Below, piece by piece: positions 22,786 to 30,504 of a stretch of DNA of 64,000 nucleotides. Position 1 is the first letter of the stretch, and every line of letters starts with the position of its first letter. The translations under genes and the position numbers were made by a program. The stretch comes from an uncultured delta proteobacterium. Lineage in GTDB: Bacteria > Desulfobacterota > Desulfomonilia > UBA1062. The stretch lies in the NCBI GenBank assembly GCA_963798485.1, contig CAWCTR010000004.1, positions 128,001 through 192,000 of the forward strand. The letters are read 5' to 3'. The notes below the pieces were generated by a model. That model was given only the letters and a program-made list of their open reading frames with translations, was not told where the DNA came from and searched no databases.

Positions 22786-23024
22786 TTCATCATAATGGTC
22801 ATGGAGTCATTGCAAAGATGATATGACGGAATATAAATCACAGTATTTAAAACACATCAAGTGGTATTCTCCATACAGATTCTGCCCAGAACCATATCAC
22901 CATCTTGATGAAAAATCTTGATGAAAAATTCTTGACTTTTCTAGTGCAGATTACTAACAACTCGATACTGTAATATTTAGCGTCAGTCATAGTGTGATGT
23001 TTTCGATACAATTTGGAGGGGAGT

Positions 23025-23201
23025 ATGAGCAGGAAAAGTAGTGTACTAAGTGTTAATAAAGACAATTTAAAAGCCCTTAAAACGGCGTCTGCCCAGAGAC
23101 GTATCAAAGAAAACAGAGAGCGATCTCAAATCATCCAGGACCAGATTCGTGAAGACCTCCGTGTATCACCCGACAAACTAGAATACTACTTCAATATCTG
23201 A
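23025..23201 (+). CDS. Small hypothetical protein (58 aa)
   Basis: Strong RBS GGAGGGGAG before ATG 23025; no motif. Confidence 0.45.
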   Translation: MSRKSSVLSVNKDNLKALKTASAQRRIKENRERSQIIQDQIREDLRVSPDKLEYYFNI

Positions 23202-23392
23202 TTCGAGCATCACATCGATGCCATCCCTTGAAGTTGTTCCATATAGTATTGATGAACTCCGGAGAATCCTCCAATGAAATTTCTCTAGACGCCAAATTGC
23301 TCGGCAGAAAAGGGGGGGCAATTTTCTGAATACCAGGACCTGACAATATTACTGCTTGATCTAAAAATAGAACAAACCCTTTTCCCTGTCAT

Positions 23393-23626
23393 TTATTCGG
23401 TTTCAATAATAACGCCGCATTGCTCACATTGATAGCGGGTCTTTTCTTGATCGATCGCCTGGACTTCCTCAAAGTCATATTGCTTTTTGCCGTGTACCTC
23501 AAAACATTCCGGGCAATACCCATCCGATAGCTCATCGGCGGTGATGGTCAGATGGCAGTTCCGGCAGCGCAGCCTGCTTTTCTGCTGCGGCAGGAGGACC
23601 AGGTGGAGATGTCTGCATGATGTCAT
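23393..23626 (-). CDS. Small Zn-ribbon-type protein
   Basis: CRH, CRNC, CPEC, CEQC. Confidence 0.65.
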   Translation of the reverse strand: MTSCRHLHLVLLPQQKSRLRCRNCHLTITADELSDGYCPECFEVHGKKQYDFEEVQAIDQEKTRYQCEQCGVIIETE

Positions 23627-23671
23627 ACGACAAGCCTTTAAAGAATTTATCGCAGTGAATCAAGAAAAGAA

Positions 23672-23850
23672 GAAAAGGGGGCGTTTCTCATTTTCATCCT
23701 TACAGGGGTATAATGTGAACCTGCCCGGCCCTTTCCCGTAAGGGGTGAGGGGCATAAGTGTGCCCCACCGAGCCCCTCAGCCATGAGATGCAGAGTATTT
23801 AAACCCATCCCCACCCTGTCCCTCCCCTTGAAGGGGAAGGGACTTTAAGT
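23672..23850 (-). repeat. Inverted copy of the composite palindromic repeat
   Basis: Reverse complement reads aaagtcccttccccttcaaggggagg...ggtggggatgggtttaaat...ggttcacattatacccctgtaaggatgaaaatgagaaacgccccctttt, matching the 13950-14090 unit. Confidence 0.85.
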
Positions 23851-24063
23851 AATCAGTGTCAGAGTCGATTTAACATTTTATTTAGGCAGACCCCTCTGAT
23901 ATTCGGCTAATTCTCATTCAAGTCGGACTAGGTTAAGTATATGATATGCCCTTGTTAGATTTTATAAGCAGGTGTTTTCAAGCCTTGGATCCTCTTTTTT
24001 AGCATCGAATGGGTATTATAAATAAGGAAGAGTAGGTTCTATCATCCATAAAAGGAGTTCATC

Positions 24064-24570
24064 ATGAAAAAATGTGATCCCCCGGCCATTTCCGAAGAGG
24101 TGACAACCCGGATTAAAAAAGGCGCTTTCCTGACCGTCAAGGCCGGAGACTCTATGAACACCATGACCATCGGCTGGGGCCTGATTGGATTCATCTGGCA
24201 GCGGAGCGTCTTCATGGTGGCCGTGCGCGACTCGCGTCATACCTTTTCCATCATGGAAAAGGCTTCTGATTTCACTGTCACCGTGCCGACGGGGGACATG
24301 AAAGACGCCCTCATGTTCTGCGGCTCCAAATCCGGACGGGATCTGGACAAGTTCAAGGCCTGTAATCTGATTCCTGTAGCGGCGCGGCACACGGTATCCC
24401 CGATTCTCCAGGTGCCAGGTATCCACCTCGAATGCCGGATCTGTTTCAAAGCGCCCATGGACCCCGTTTATCTCGATGGGGCACTTGAAGATCTTTATCC
24501 GGCAAAGGACTACCATACCCTCTATTTTGGTGAGATCGTGGCCTGTTACGAAACTGATGCACCACTGTAA
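24064..24570 (+). CDS. Flavin reductase family protein
   Basis: NTMTIGWG, VAVRDSRHT, CGSKSGRDLDK, DYHTLYFGEI. Confidence 0.9.
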   Translation: MKKCDPPAISEEVTTRIKKGAFLTVKAGDSMNTMTIGWGLIGFIWQRSVFMVAVRDSRHTFSIMEKASDFTVTVPTGDMKDALMFCGSKSGRDLDKFKACNLIPVAARHTVSPILQVPGIHLECRICFKAPMDPVYLDGALEDLYPAKDYHTLYFGEIVACYETDAPL

Positions 24571-24762
24571 GCGGTGGAATGGGAACTCACCATGAATTTA
24601 GGTGACCTTCGAAAAACGAGTGATTAGGCCTTGGTTTTTGCTTATTGGGCTATGGTATATAAAGGGGATGTGGGGATGTGGAGATGTGGAGGGTCTTGCA
24701 TTATTAGACAATATAGCAAAGCTTAAGAAGCACGTTGCGAAATTGCTCTTTACATCACCGAA

Positions 24763-25629
24763 TCATGACTCATACGGGCGTGTCCCCTTGCACTTGGGGT
24801 ACGTGGAACAGCCGTAAAATTTGTTGCCGGGTGTCGGGCCTTTCTTTGCTATGCGCAGTACCATCTTACTGCCACACAAGGGGCACAGAGGGGGCACGGG
24901 GTTTTCGCTGCGGACAGGTGTCTTCATGACTGCCGGTTTATTTTTAGGGAATAGTAATACCTTGTTTTTGATTTCACCGATCATTGCATGTAGTTCTTTG
25001 CCGTTCACGAGTTCGATGGGGTTGCCCCTGGCAAAATCGAGAGCCTCCTGGGTAAAGGTGCCGGAGGTGATGACGATCCCTCCCGATGCCTTCTTGTCGT
25101 AGACCACTCCAAGCAGTTCCCTGACTATGATTACGCCCACGCTCTCCATCTTCCAGTGCTTGCACTGGACAAAGATGGTTTCGCCGTTTTTGTTCAGCAC
25201 AAGGTCCACCCCGCCATCGGCCCCACCGCCACCGGTCTCGGTGATGGTGTAGCCCTTTCTTCTGTATGCCTCGCCCACGAGCCGCTCGAAATCCTGCCAG
25301 CTCAGTGATCGGAGTGTTTCCCTATTCTTCTGGTTATTGAAGAGAGCGATCCTCTTCTTGCTCCTGAATAAATAATTCAAGAAGGAAAGGGCGGCCATGG
25401 AGAGGAAAAAGAGCAAGGCCGAGTTGGCCAGGTATGGGCTTACCTGTGCCAGGCTGTTGAGGAAAAGATTGGGTGGAATGCCATTGGAACCTGGTGCTGC
25501 ATGTTGATTACCCCATATTGCCGGAATCGCAAACTTCAATAATCCATAACTGAAAATAGCAAGGATGACGCTGACCCACCACGAAGCATCGATCAGGTCA
25601 TCAGCCAATGAGGTGTTTCTTCGAGCCAT
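24763..25629 (-). CDS. Mrr-type restriction endonuclease with N-terminal TM helices and C-terminal topoisomerase Zn-ribbon
   Basis: WQDFERLVGEAY, GADGGVD, VQCKHW, ITSGTFT; C-terminal CPLCG...FYGCSTYPKC. Confidence 0.88.
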   Translation of the reverse strand: MARRNTSLADDLIDASWWVSVILAIFSYGLLKFAIPAIWGNQHAAPGSNGIPPNLFLNSLAQVSPYLANSALLFFLSMAALSFLNYLFRSKKRIALFNNQKNRETLRSLSWQDFERLVGEAYRRKGYTITETGGGGADGGVDLVLNKNGETIFVQCKHWKMESVGVIIVRELLGVVYDKKASGGIVITSGTFTQEALDFARGNPIELVNGKELHAMIGEIKNKVLLFPKNKPAVMKTPVRSENPVPPLCPLCGSKMVLRIAKKGPTPGNKFYGCSTYPKCKGTRPYES

Positions 25630-25928
25630 GTTCGAATCCTTTCCTTTTCCTCTTAACTACAATAACTATATCGAATTATTTTATGATTTTAGTTAAGCCA
25701 AGTGATACTCCAGCAAAAGAGGTCGCAAAAATGAATGCATATCTCATCTGTTATTTCTTTATGCCATTTCATGCCCCTTAACACACGTTTCATTCAATCC
25801 CTTTGAACATTTCATTGAATGAATCATGGTTTTTCAAGAGTTGTTAACTGCCATCTATGAGCTGCAATTCAGTTAATAATAAATATTAACAATACACTAT
25901 GCGATTATTTTCGATCATTCCGTAAAGT

Positions 25929-25943
25929 TGGCACAATGTATGC
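25929..25943 (+). promoter_or_regulatory. Sigma54 promoter (operon A)
   Basis: TGGCACAATGTATGC has GG-N10-GC spacing and is followed by CTTATA, as in operon B. Confidence 0.75.
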
Positions 25944-25985
25944 CTTATAGAGGGCATCAAGTAAACATGAAGGAGGGCAATTAAA

Positions 25986-26261
25986 ATGAAAAGGACAATC
26001 CAGACAATAATCGTAGCAATGTTCGTGGTAATGATCACCGGTACGTTTGCCTTTGCAGCCGCAGCAACCTCAGGCGGAAACAGCTTCCCCTATTTCCACC
26101 TTGGCTGCCTGATCATGGGCGGGCTTACCATCATCTCTGTGAAGTATCGTTATGAGAGGATGTATCTCAGCGAGGCAGTGGGATCTTTCGCACTCTATGC
26201 AGTGCTGGTTGCCCTGTTCACCGCACCGGTCATCGAGGCAGTAAAAGGCCTGGTGAGCTGA
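25986..26261 (+). CDS. Small membrane protein (signal peptide + 2-helix hairpin), paralog of 27184-27360
   Basis: RBS GAAGGAGGGCAA; AFA-A signal cleavage pattern; hydrophobic hairpin. Confidence 0.8.
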   Translation: MKRTIQTIIVAMFVVMITGTFAFAAAATSGGNSFPYFHLGCLIMGGLTIISVKYRYERMYLSEAVGSFALYAVLVALFTAPVIEAVKGLVS

Positions 26262-26333
26262 GAAGATTATAAACAAACACCGACCCGCCCTCGAGACCTG
26301 GGGGCGGGGATAGCCTAAAAAGGAGGAGAGGCC

Positions 26334-26597
26334 ATGAAAAGGGTAAGAAGAAACAAACTCCAGACCAAGACCTTGAATCAGATCATCCTGCTGAGTGCAT
26401 GGAGCTTCACCCTGGTCATCTCCTCATTCCTGTTCCTGTTCGCCGGCCGGTGGATCGATGTGAAGTTCAATACGGAACCAACCTTCATGCTTGGACTGTT
26501 CGTGTTGGGCATCGGGTTATGCATTGGCCGGATGTACACGGACTACACAAAGGCCAAAGATGCGTTGAACAACCGAAGGATCAGGTACCAGTCTTAG
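26334..26597 (+). CDS. AtpZ/AtpI (ATPase gene-1)-like membrane protein
   Basis: Basic N-terminus, TM, GRWID..FNTEP.F...LG pattern typical of the family. Confidence 0.8.
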   Translation: MKRVRRNKLQTKTLNQIILLSAWSFTLVISSFLFLFAGRWIDVKFNTEPTFMLGLFVLGIGLCIGRMYTDYTKAKDALNNRRIRYQS

Positions 26598-26646
26598 TCG
26601 ATACTCAAGAAGGCCGGGTAACTTTCCGGCTCCCTGCATCACGAAA

Positions 26647-26680
26647 GCGGGCCGCCCTCTTCGGCGGCCCGTTGCTTTTC
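26647..26680 (+). terminator. Rho-independent terminator between the convergent operons
   Basis: gcgggccgcc-ctcttc-ggcggcccgt followed by tgctttt. Confidence 0.7.
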
Positions 26681-26793
26681 AGCGAAAGAATCATTGAATA
26701 AAAAAACACGACCCTTTTGGGAGTCTCGTGGTGTGTGATATGGATCGTTTCTGGGGAGGAAGAACGCTGTAGAGAATTAGGTGTCCCGGTTGA

Positions 26794-26898
26794 TTATCGG
26801 CTATGCACTGTCCCGGGAGCGTGTCCTGCGCGTTTCATGAACCTTACCGTCAGGGCCAGGAATGCTGTGAAGCCGATGGTGACAAAGATGATTGTCAT
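26794..26898 (-). CDS. Putative 34-aa single-TM microprotein
   Basis: ATG 2 nt after the AtpZ-like stop, AAGAGGG upstream; MTIIFVTIGFTAFLALTVRFMKRAG; below the ORF-track cutoff. Confidence 0.45.
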   Translation of the reverse strand: MTIIFVTIGFTAFLALTVRFMKRAGHAPGTVHSR

Positions 26899-26900
26899 GG

Positions 26901-27143
26901 CTAAGCCCTCTTTACCCTTCTCTCGATCACGACCTCTTCGATGAACCCCTTGAAGCCCAGTGCAATACCGGCCACCAGGCCGACCAGCGTGAAGTTTGGG
27001 GCCATGTTCAATGTCTTATCGAGGTACATACCGCCATACATCCCGAGGAAGGTCATCGCAACAAGCACTACGCTGTAGCCGCTGATCCGGCAGAGCCTGT
27101 TGGCCAGTGCCTTTTCGATCTTTTCTTTCTTCATCCGTTTCAT
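26901..27143 (-). CDS. AtpZ/AtpI-like membrane protein (second paralog)
   Basis: GMYLDKTLNMAPNFTLVGLVAG pattern; RBS AAGGAG. Confidence 0.8.
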   Translation of the reverse strand: MKRMKKEKIEKALANRLCRISGYSVVLVAMTFLGMYGGMYLDKTLNMAPNFTLVGLVAGIALGFKGFIEEVVIERRVKRA

Positions 27144-27183
27144 GGCCTTCCTCCTTATCCGCCTTTGCTGTTTAAGTCCTACC

Positions 27184-27360
27184 TTAGAACAGGCTCATGA
27201 GGATCTCACGTGCCGGTCCGGTGTTGATGGTGACTAGTGTCACGACCAAGACGAATACTGCGCTTGCTTCAGCCGGGGTGAGTCCCAATACCTTGTAGGT
27301 GAACCTGATGCCGGTGCCGGTCATGAACAGTGCGCCGATTACGATCCATAATGTCATCAT
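27184..27360 (-). CDS. Small membrane hairpin protein (58 aa)
   Basis: RBS GAAGGAGGGCAA before ATG 27360; aligns by eye with the C-terminal part of 25986-26261. Confidence 0.8.
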   Translation of the reverse strand: MMTLWIVIGALFMTGTGIRFTYKVLGLTPAEASAVFVLVVTLVTINTGPAREILMSLF

Positions 27361-27409
27361 TGTCTTGCCCTCCTTCGGGGTTTGTTTTTTTCTTTCTGTC
27401 TTATATAAG

Positions 27410-27452
27410 GCAAGGGGCGTGCCAGGGACTGTAGATTTATAACTCACTGATA
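27410..27452 (-). promoter_or_regulatory. Sigma54 promoter with IHF site (operon B)
   Basis: TGGCACGCCCCTTGC (27410-27424) is a consensus -24/-12; TATCAGTGAGTTA (27440-27452) fits WATCARNNNNTTR. Confidence 0.85.
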
Positions 27453-27635
27453 ACAGGGAATAATAAGAAGCGCAGTCTTTATGATATTGCCATTTTGGCA
27501 GAAAGGCCTTCAGCCAGGACATGGGCAGGTACAAAATGACAAAATAACCTAAGCAGACATTACCGGAAGTGTCAGAATGACAAAGTCGGTGTTCACACTC
27601 ATGATCCATGCGCGAAGGGATTCTCTAATAAAAAT

Positions 27636-27668
27636 AAAAAAAGGGCCACGATTCTCATCGTAACCCTT
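27636..27668 (-). terminator. Terminator downstream of the tRNA 3' end
   Basis: Minus strand aagggttacgat-gaga-atcgtggccctt-tttt. Confidence 0.75.
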
Positions 27669-27678
27669 TAATGATATT

Positions 27679-27724
27679 TGGTAGTCCCAAGGGGAATTGA
27701 ACCCCTGTTTACGGCGTGAGAGGC
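27679..27724 (-). mobile_element. att site: 3' half of tRNA-Glu(CTC)
   Basis: Minus strand GCCTCTCACGCCGTAAACAGGGGTTCAATTCCCCTTGGGACTACCA = anticodon loop, T-arm and CCA; 5' half absent; 155 bp from the integrase. Confidence 0.9.
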
Positions 27725-27794
27725 GAATGATAGAAAAAATGATCGGCCTGTAAATTGGCTCTCTGAGCAAATTCATGAAGTTGCATTTTTAGAG

Positions 27795-27867
27795 TGGTGT
27801 CCTTTTTGGTGTACCAAGCCGTTTTTGGAGTTAAATTTCATGCCTCGGTACACCACTTGGGACACCA
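27795..27867. repeat. Putative integrase arm-type binding sites
   Basis: TGGTGTCC and TGGTGTACC as a direct pair, then GGTACACCA and GGACACCA as an inverted pair, between att and int. Confidence 0.65.
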
Positions 27868-27879
27868 GCAAAGAGCTCC

Positions 27880-28938
27880 TCATGATGCCTTGACCTCTTC
27901 TTTTTTTAGCTGTTCTTCGGGGGTTTCTGTGCTCAACAATTCCATATACTGTTTTTGGTCGGACACGATATTGTAGACATATCTCTCTGTCGTTGATACC
28001 GCTGCATGACCAAGTACATTCTGGATCACCTGCAGCGGAACATTTTGGACTGCCATATACGAAGCAACATGACGCCTCAAGGCATGAAATCCCATCTCTT
28101 TAATTCCCGCCCTCTTGCACAGTCCAGCTAGAAAGCGACGTCTCATGGTGAATGGCTTTCCATAATGCGGAGATCTATCATCTATCACCACGAACACATA
28201 GGGTGTGTCTTTGACAGGTCTTGCTTTCCACCACCATTCGAGGGATGTCTTCAACTCGCTTGTCATATCCAACCATCGGGCTTTCAATGACTGGTCTCGT
28301 GTCTTTCGTGTCCATAGCCGGAGCTTCCCATTAGGGAAATCGATGTCTTCCCATGTCAATCTGAACAGCTCACTTTTTCGTGCCCCTGTGTGAAGATATG
28401 TCAGGAGCATTGTCCATTCATCGGGCTTGCATACGGCCTTGAGTTTCAAGACATCACTTCTCACGGGTGTGAATTGAGGCTTTCGGTCATGTGCAAACTT
28501 GGGGACCTTTGCAGCAGGACAGTCTTGAACATCTAAATAAGATCTTGCATAGGCCCACATTGCAAGGATGTTTTTTCTGTCAACGTTGGCGGCATTTGCA
28601 CTGCGCGCTTGCTTCTGCTTTGTCAGGTAATCCAGGCACATTTTCGGAGTTATGTGATTGACAGGCTGGTCCTTTCCCCATTCTGCAAGAAGTCGGTTGC
28701 ATAGAGCTAATTTTTCACCAACAGTGCGTGAGGAAAACCGTGCAGAATACTCCATGTACTCAATCGTCAGAGAACCTAAGACCAAGCCGTTTTGCTCGCG
28801 CTGCTTGATCTGTTTCCGCTCTTCGAGCTCCCACTTGACGGCGGACCGGCTCGTGGCGAACCCTCTTTTGGTGGCAACCCTCTTGCCGAGGATCTTTACC
28901 ACAGCTCTCCATGTCCCATCTTTTTCCTGATAAGGCAT
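27880..28938 (-). CDS. int: Tyrosine recombinase / phage-type integrase
   Basis: TGARKSEL (R), RKT (K), FHALRR (HxxR), LGH, TTERY (Y). Confidence 0.95.
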   Translation of the reverse strand: MPYQEKDGTWRAVVKILGKRVATKRGFATSRSAVKWELEERKQIKQREQNGLVLGSLTIEYMEYSARFSSRTVGEKLALCNRLLAEWGKDQPVNHITPKMCLDYLTKQKQARSANAANVDRKNILAMWAYARSYLDVQDCPAAKVPKFAHDRKPQFTPVRSDVLKLKAVCKPDEWTMLLTYLHTGARKSELFRLTWEDIDFPNGKLRLWTRKTRDQSLKARWLDMTSELKTSLEWWWKARPVKDTPYVFVVIDDRSPHYGKPFTMRRRFLAGLCKRAGIKEMGFHALRRHVASYMAVQNVPLQVIQNVLGHAAVSTTERYVYNIVSDQKQYMELLSTETPEEQLKKEEVKAS

Positions 28939-29122
28939 CTTGCACTCCTTGACTTGTGAAGAAGTATGTTCTCCCTATCTTGGTGCCGTTAAGTTCATTG
29001 TAGTGATCTCTCACCCATCGATCACTCATTCCAATATAGTGAGCAACCTCTAGGGATGAGAGTACTTCTTTTGGGATAGGATTAATATTATGTTGCAACA
29101 TAGCCAGCTCGGTCAAGTTCAT
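28760..29122 (-). CDS. Excisionase-like HTH protein
   Basis: VLSSLEVAHYIGMSDRWVR...KIGRTYFF; overlaps the int start. Confidence 0.7.
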   Translation of the reverse strand: MNLTELAMLQHNINPIPKEVLSSLEVAHYIGMSDRWVRDHYNELNGTKIGRTYFFTSQGVQDALSGKRWDMESCGKDPRQEGCHQKRVRHEPVRRQVGARRAETDQAARAKRLGLRFSDD

Positions 29123-29710
29123 AGTAGAATCCAAAAGCTTTTCCTCCCCTGCCCTTAAAAATAAAAAACCAATTTTCCTGCCTTCCCCCTTTCACAAACG
29201 ACTGAAGGGGAAGGGAGGAACGACCGGGAAAAGAACAGCCTGAAAGGCTAACCTTATGTAGTGGTCACAGTTAGTGACCACAGGGAACACCCGAAGCGCT
29301 GCAAGCAACATGACAACAAGTTTCTCTGTTGGCGTGCTGCTTTGTAAGCAAGTGCAGGGGGTCTGCCTTTAGTAGTTTGGCAGTTATAGGTTAATAGTGT
29401 TTCCAAGCGGCCGCGGCACTTGCGCCGCGTCCGCTTGGCCATGTGAATTTAATGCAAGGTATTTACTAAGGAGAGAAATTATTTCTGACCACAAGTGCTT
29501 TCAGCTTTAATGCTGGGAATTAGTAAAACAAATCTAAATTCCATCTTCCTCCTTCACTTGCTTTCGAAGCGTTCTGCCAACGGAGTTGTCATACCGCTTG
29601 CAGCGTTACAGAGGCATGAAAGATTCTCAATGCCCAACAAATGGTGGCTTCGCAGTCTTTTAGTCCATTTTTCTGAAACCCTCAGGGCTTTGTGAAGGGG
29701 TTCAGGAAAA

Positions 29711-30193
29711 ATGTTTTTTGGAAAGATTCTGAAAATGCGGAGCTATCGTATGAACGATTCAATCCTTCGATACAAAGAAAACAGTGAAGACAAACCCCTT
29801 GATCCTTTCGCGGAGTTCTACAGACAGATGGAAGAGAAATATGCGTATATTTTATCGGGCGATGACCCACATGAGTATGCTACGGATATCTCTGGAATAT
29901 ATGATAATATTTTATACTACAACCTTAGTCCTCAGGAGCTTGACGACTACTTGATCGAATTCAATGAGGATGCTGGCAAGACGCTGGTTATATCCGATGT
30001 CAAAGCCGTAATAGCTGATTGCATAGGCGATATGTTAGAAACATATCGTTATGAATCGACAGAAGAAGGCCAGGCTATCGAGGACTACATCGATCAGCTT
30101 CTCGCTATCGTTAAGAAACATGAAATAGAAACACAAAAAAGTGACTTCACAAAGACCTCTTTCTCCTTTCATCAGGCGTGCCTTCGCGTTTGA
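29711..30193 (+). CDS. Acidic hypothetical protein
   Basis: 160-aa ORF; no motif; start uncertain. Confidence 0.55.
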   Translation: MFFGKILKMRSYRMNDSILRYKENSEDKPLDPFAEFYRQMEEKYAYILSGDDPHEYATDISGIYDNILYYNLSPQELDDYLIEFNEDAGKTLVISDVKAVIADCIGDMLETYRYESTEEGQAIEDYIDQLLAIVKKHEIETQKSDFTKTSFSFHQACLRV

Positions 30194-30438
30194 GATCTGT
30201 TCTTCGATCTTGATTTTCTGCAGAAGTTTATTAAACGAGACTTCTTTTTCGGTTGCATTCTACCCACTCAAAAGAATATAAGTACAAATATTGATATGTG
30301 TTAAAGCATGTGAGGTTAGATGTCAAACGAGAGCACCCCAAGGCTTCTTTTTATCTCGGTAGCATATTGGGACAGAACTTAACGGAAGAGGTAACCCCTA
30401 TGCGTGAAAAGACCGAAGGGCCAAAAACTTTACGAAGG

Positions 30439-30476
30439 AAAGGCGCACATACATGTCGCAGGCGACATATGCGCTC
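30439..30476 (-). other. MOBQ-type oriT
   Basis: Minus strand inverted repeat atgtcgc-ct-gcgacat followed by gtatgtgcgccttt, resembling the RSF1010/Ti nic consensus TAAGTGCGCCCT; directly upstream of the relaxase. Confidence 0.7.
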
Positions 30477-30504
30477 AGTGCTTGAGCAAATAACGGGACT
30501 ATAA

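Noticed and set aside
27184-27360. ATP synthase subunit c
   Set aside because: GTG and EASAVFVLVV are reminiscent, but the Gly motif to Glu spacing is far too short and the RQP loop is absent.
27679-27760. Intact tRNA-Glu gene
   Set aside because: The anticodon stem 5' strand, D-arm and acceptor 5' strand are missing; it is an att remnant.
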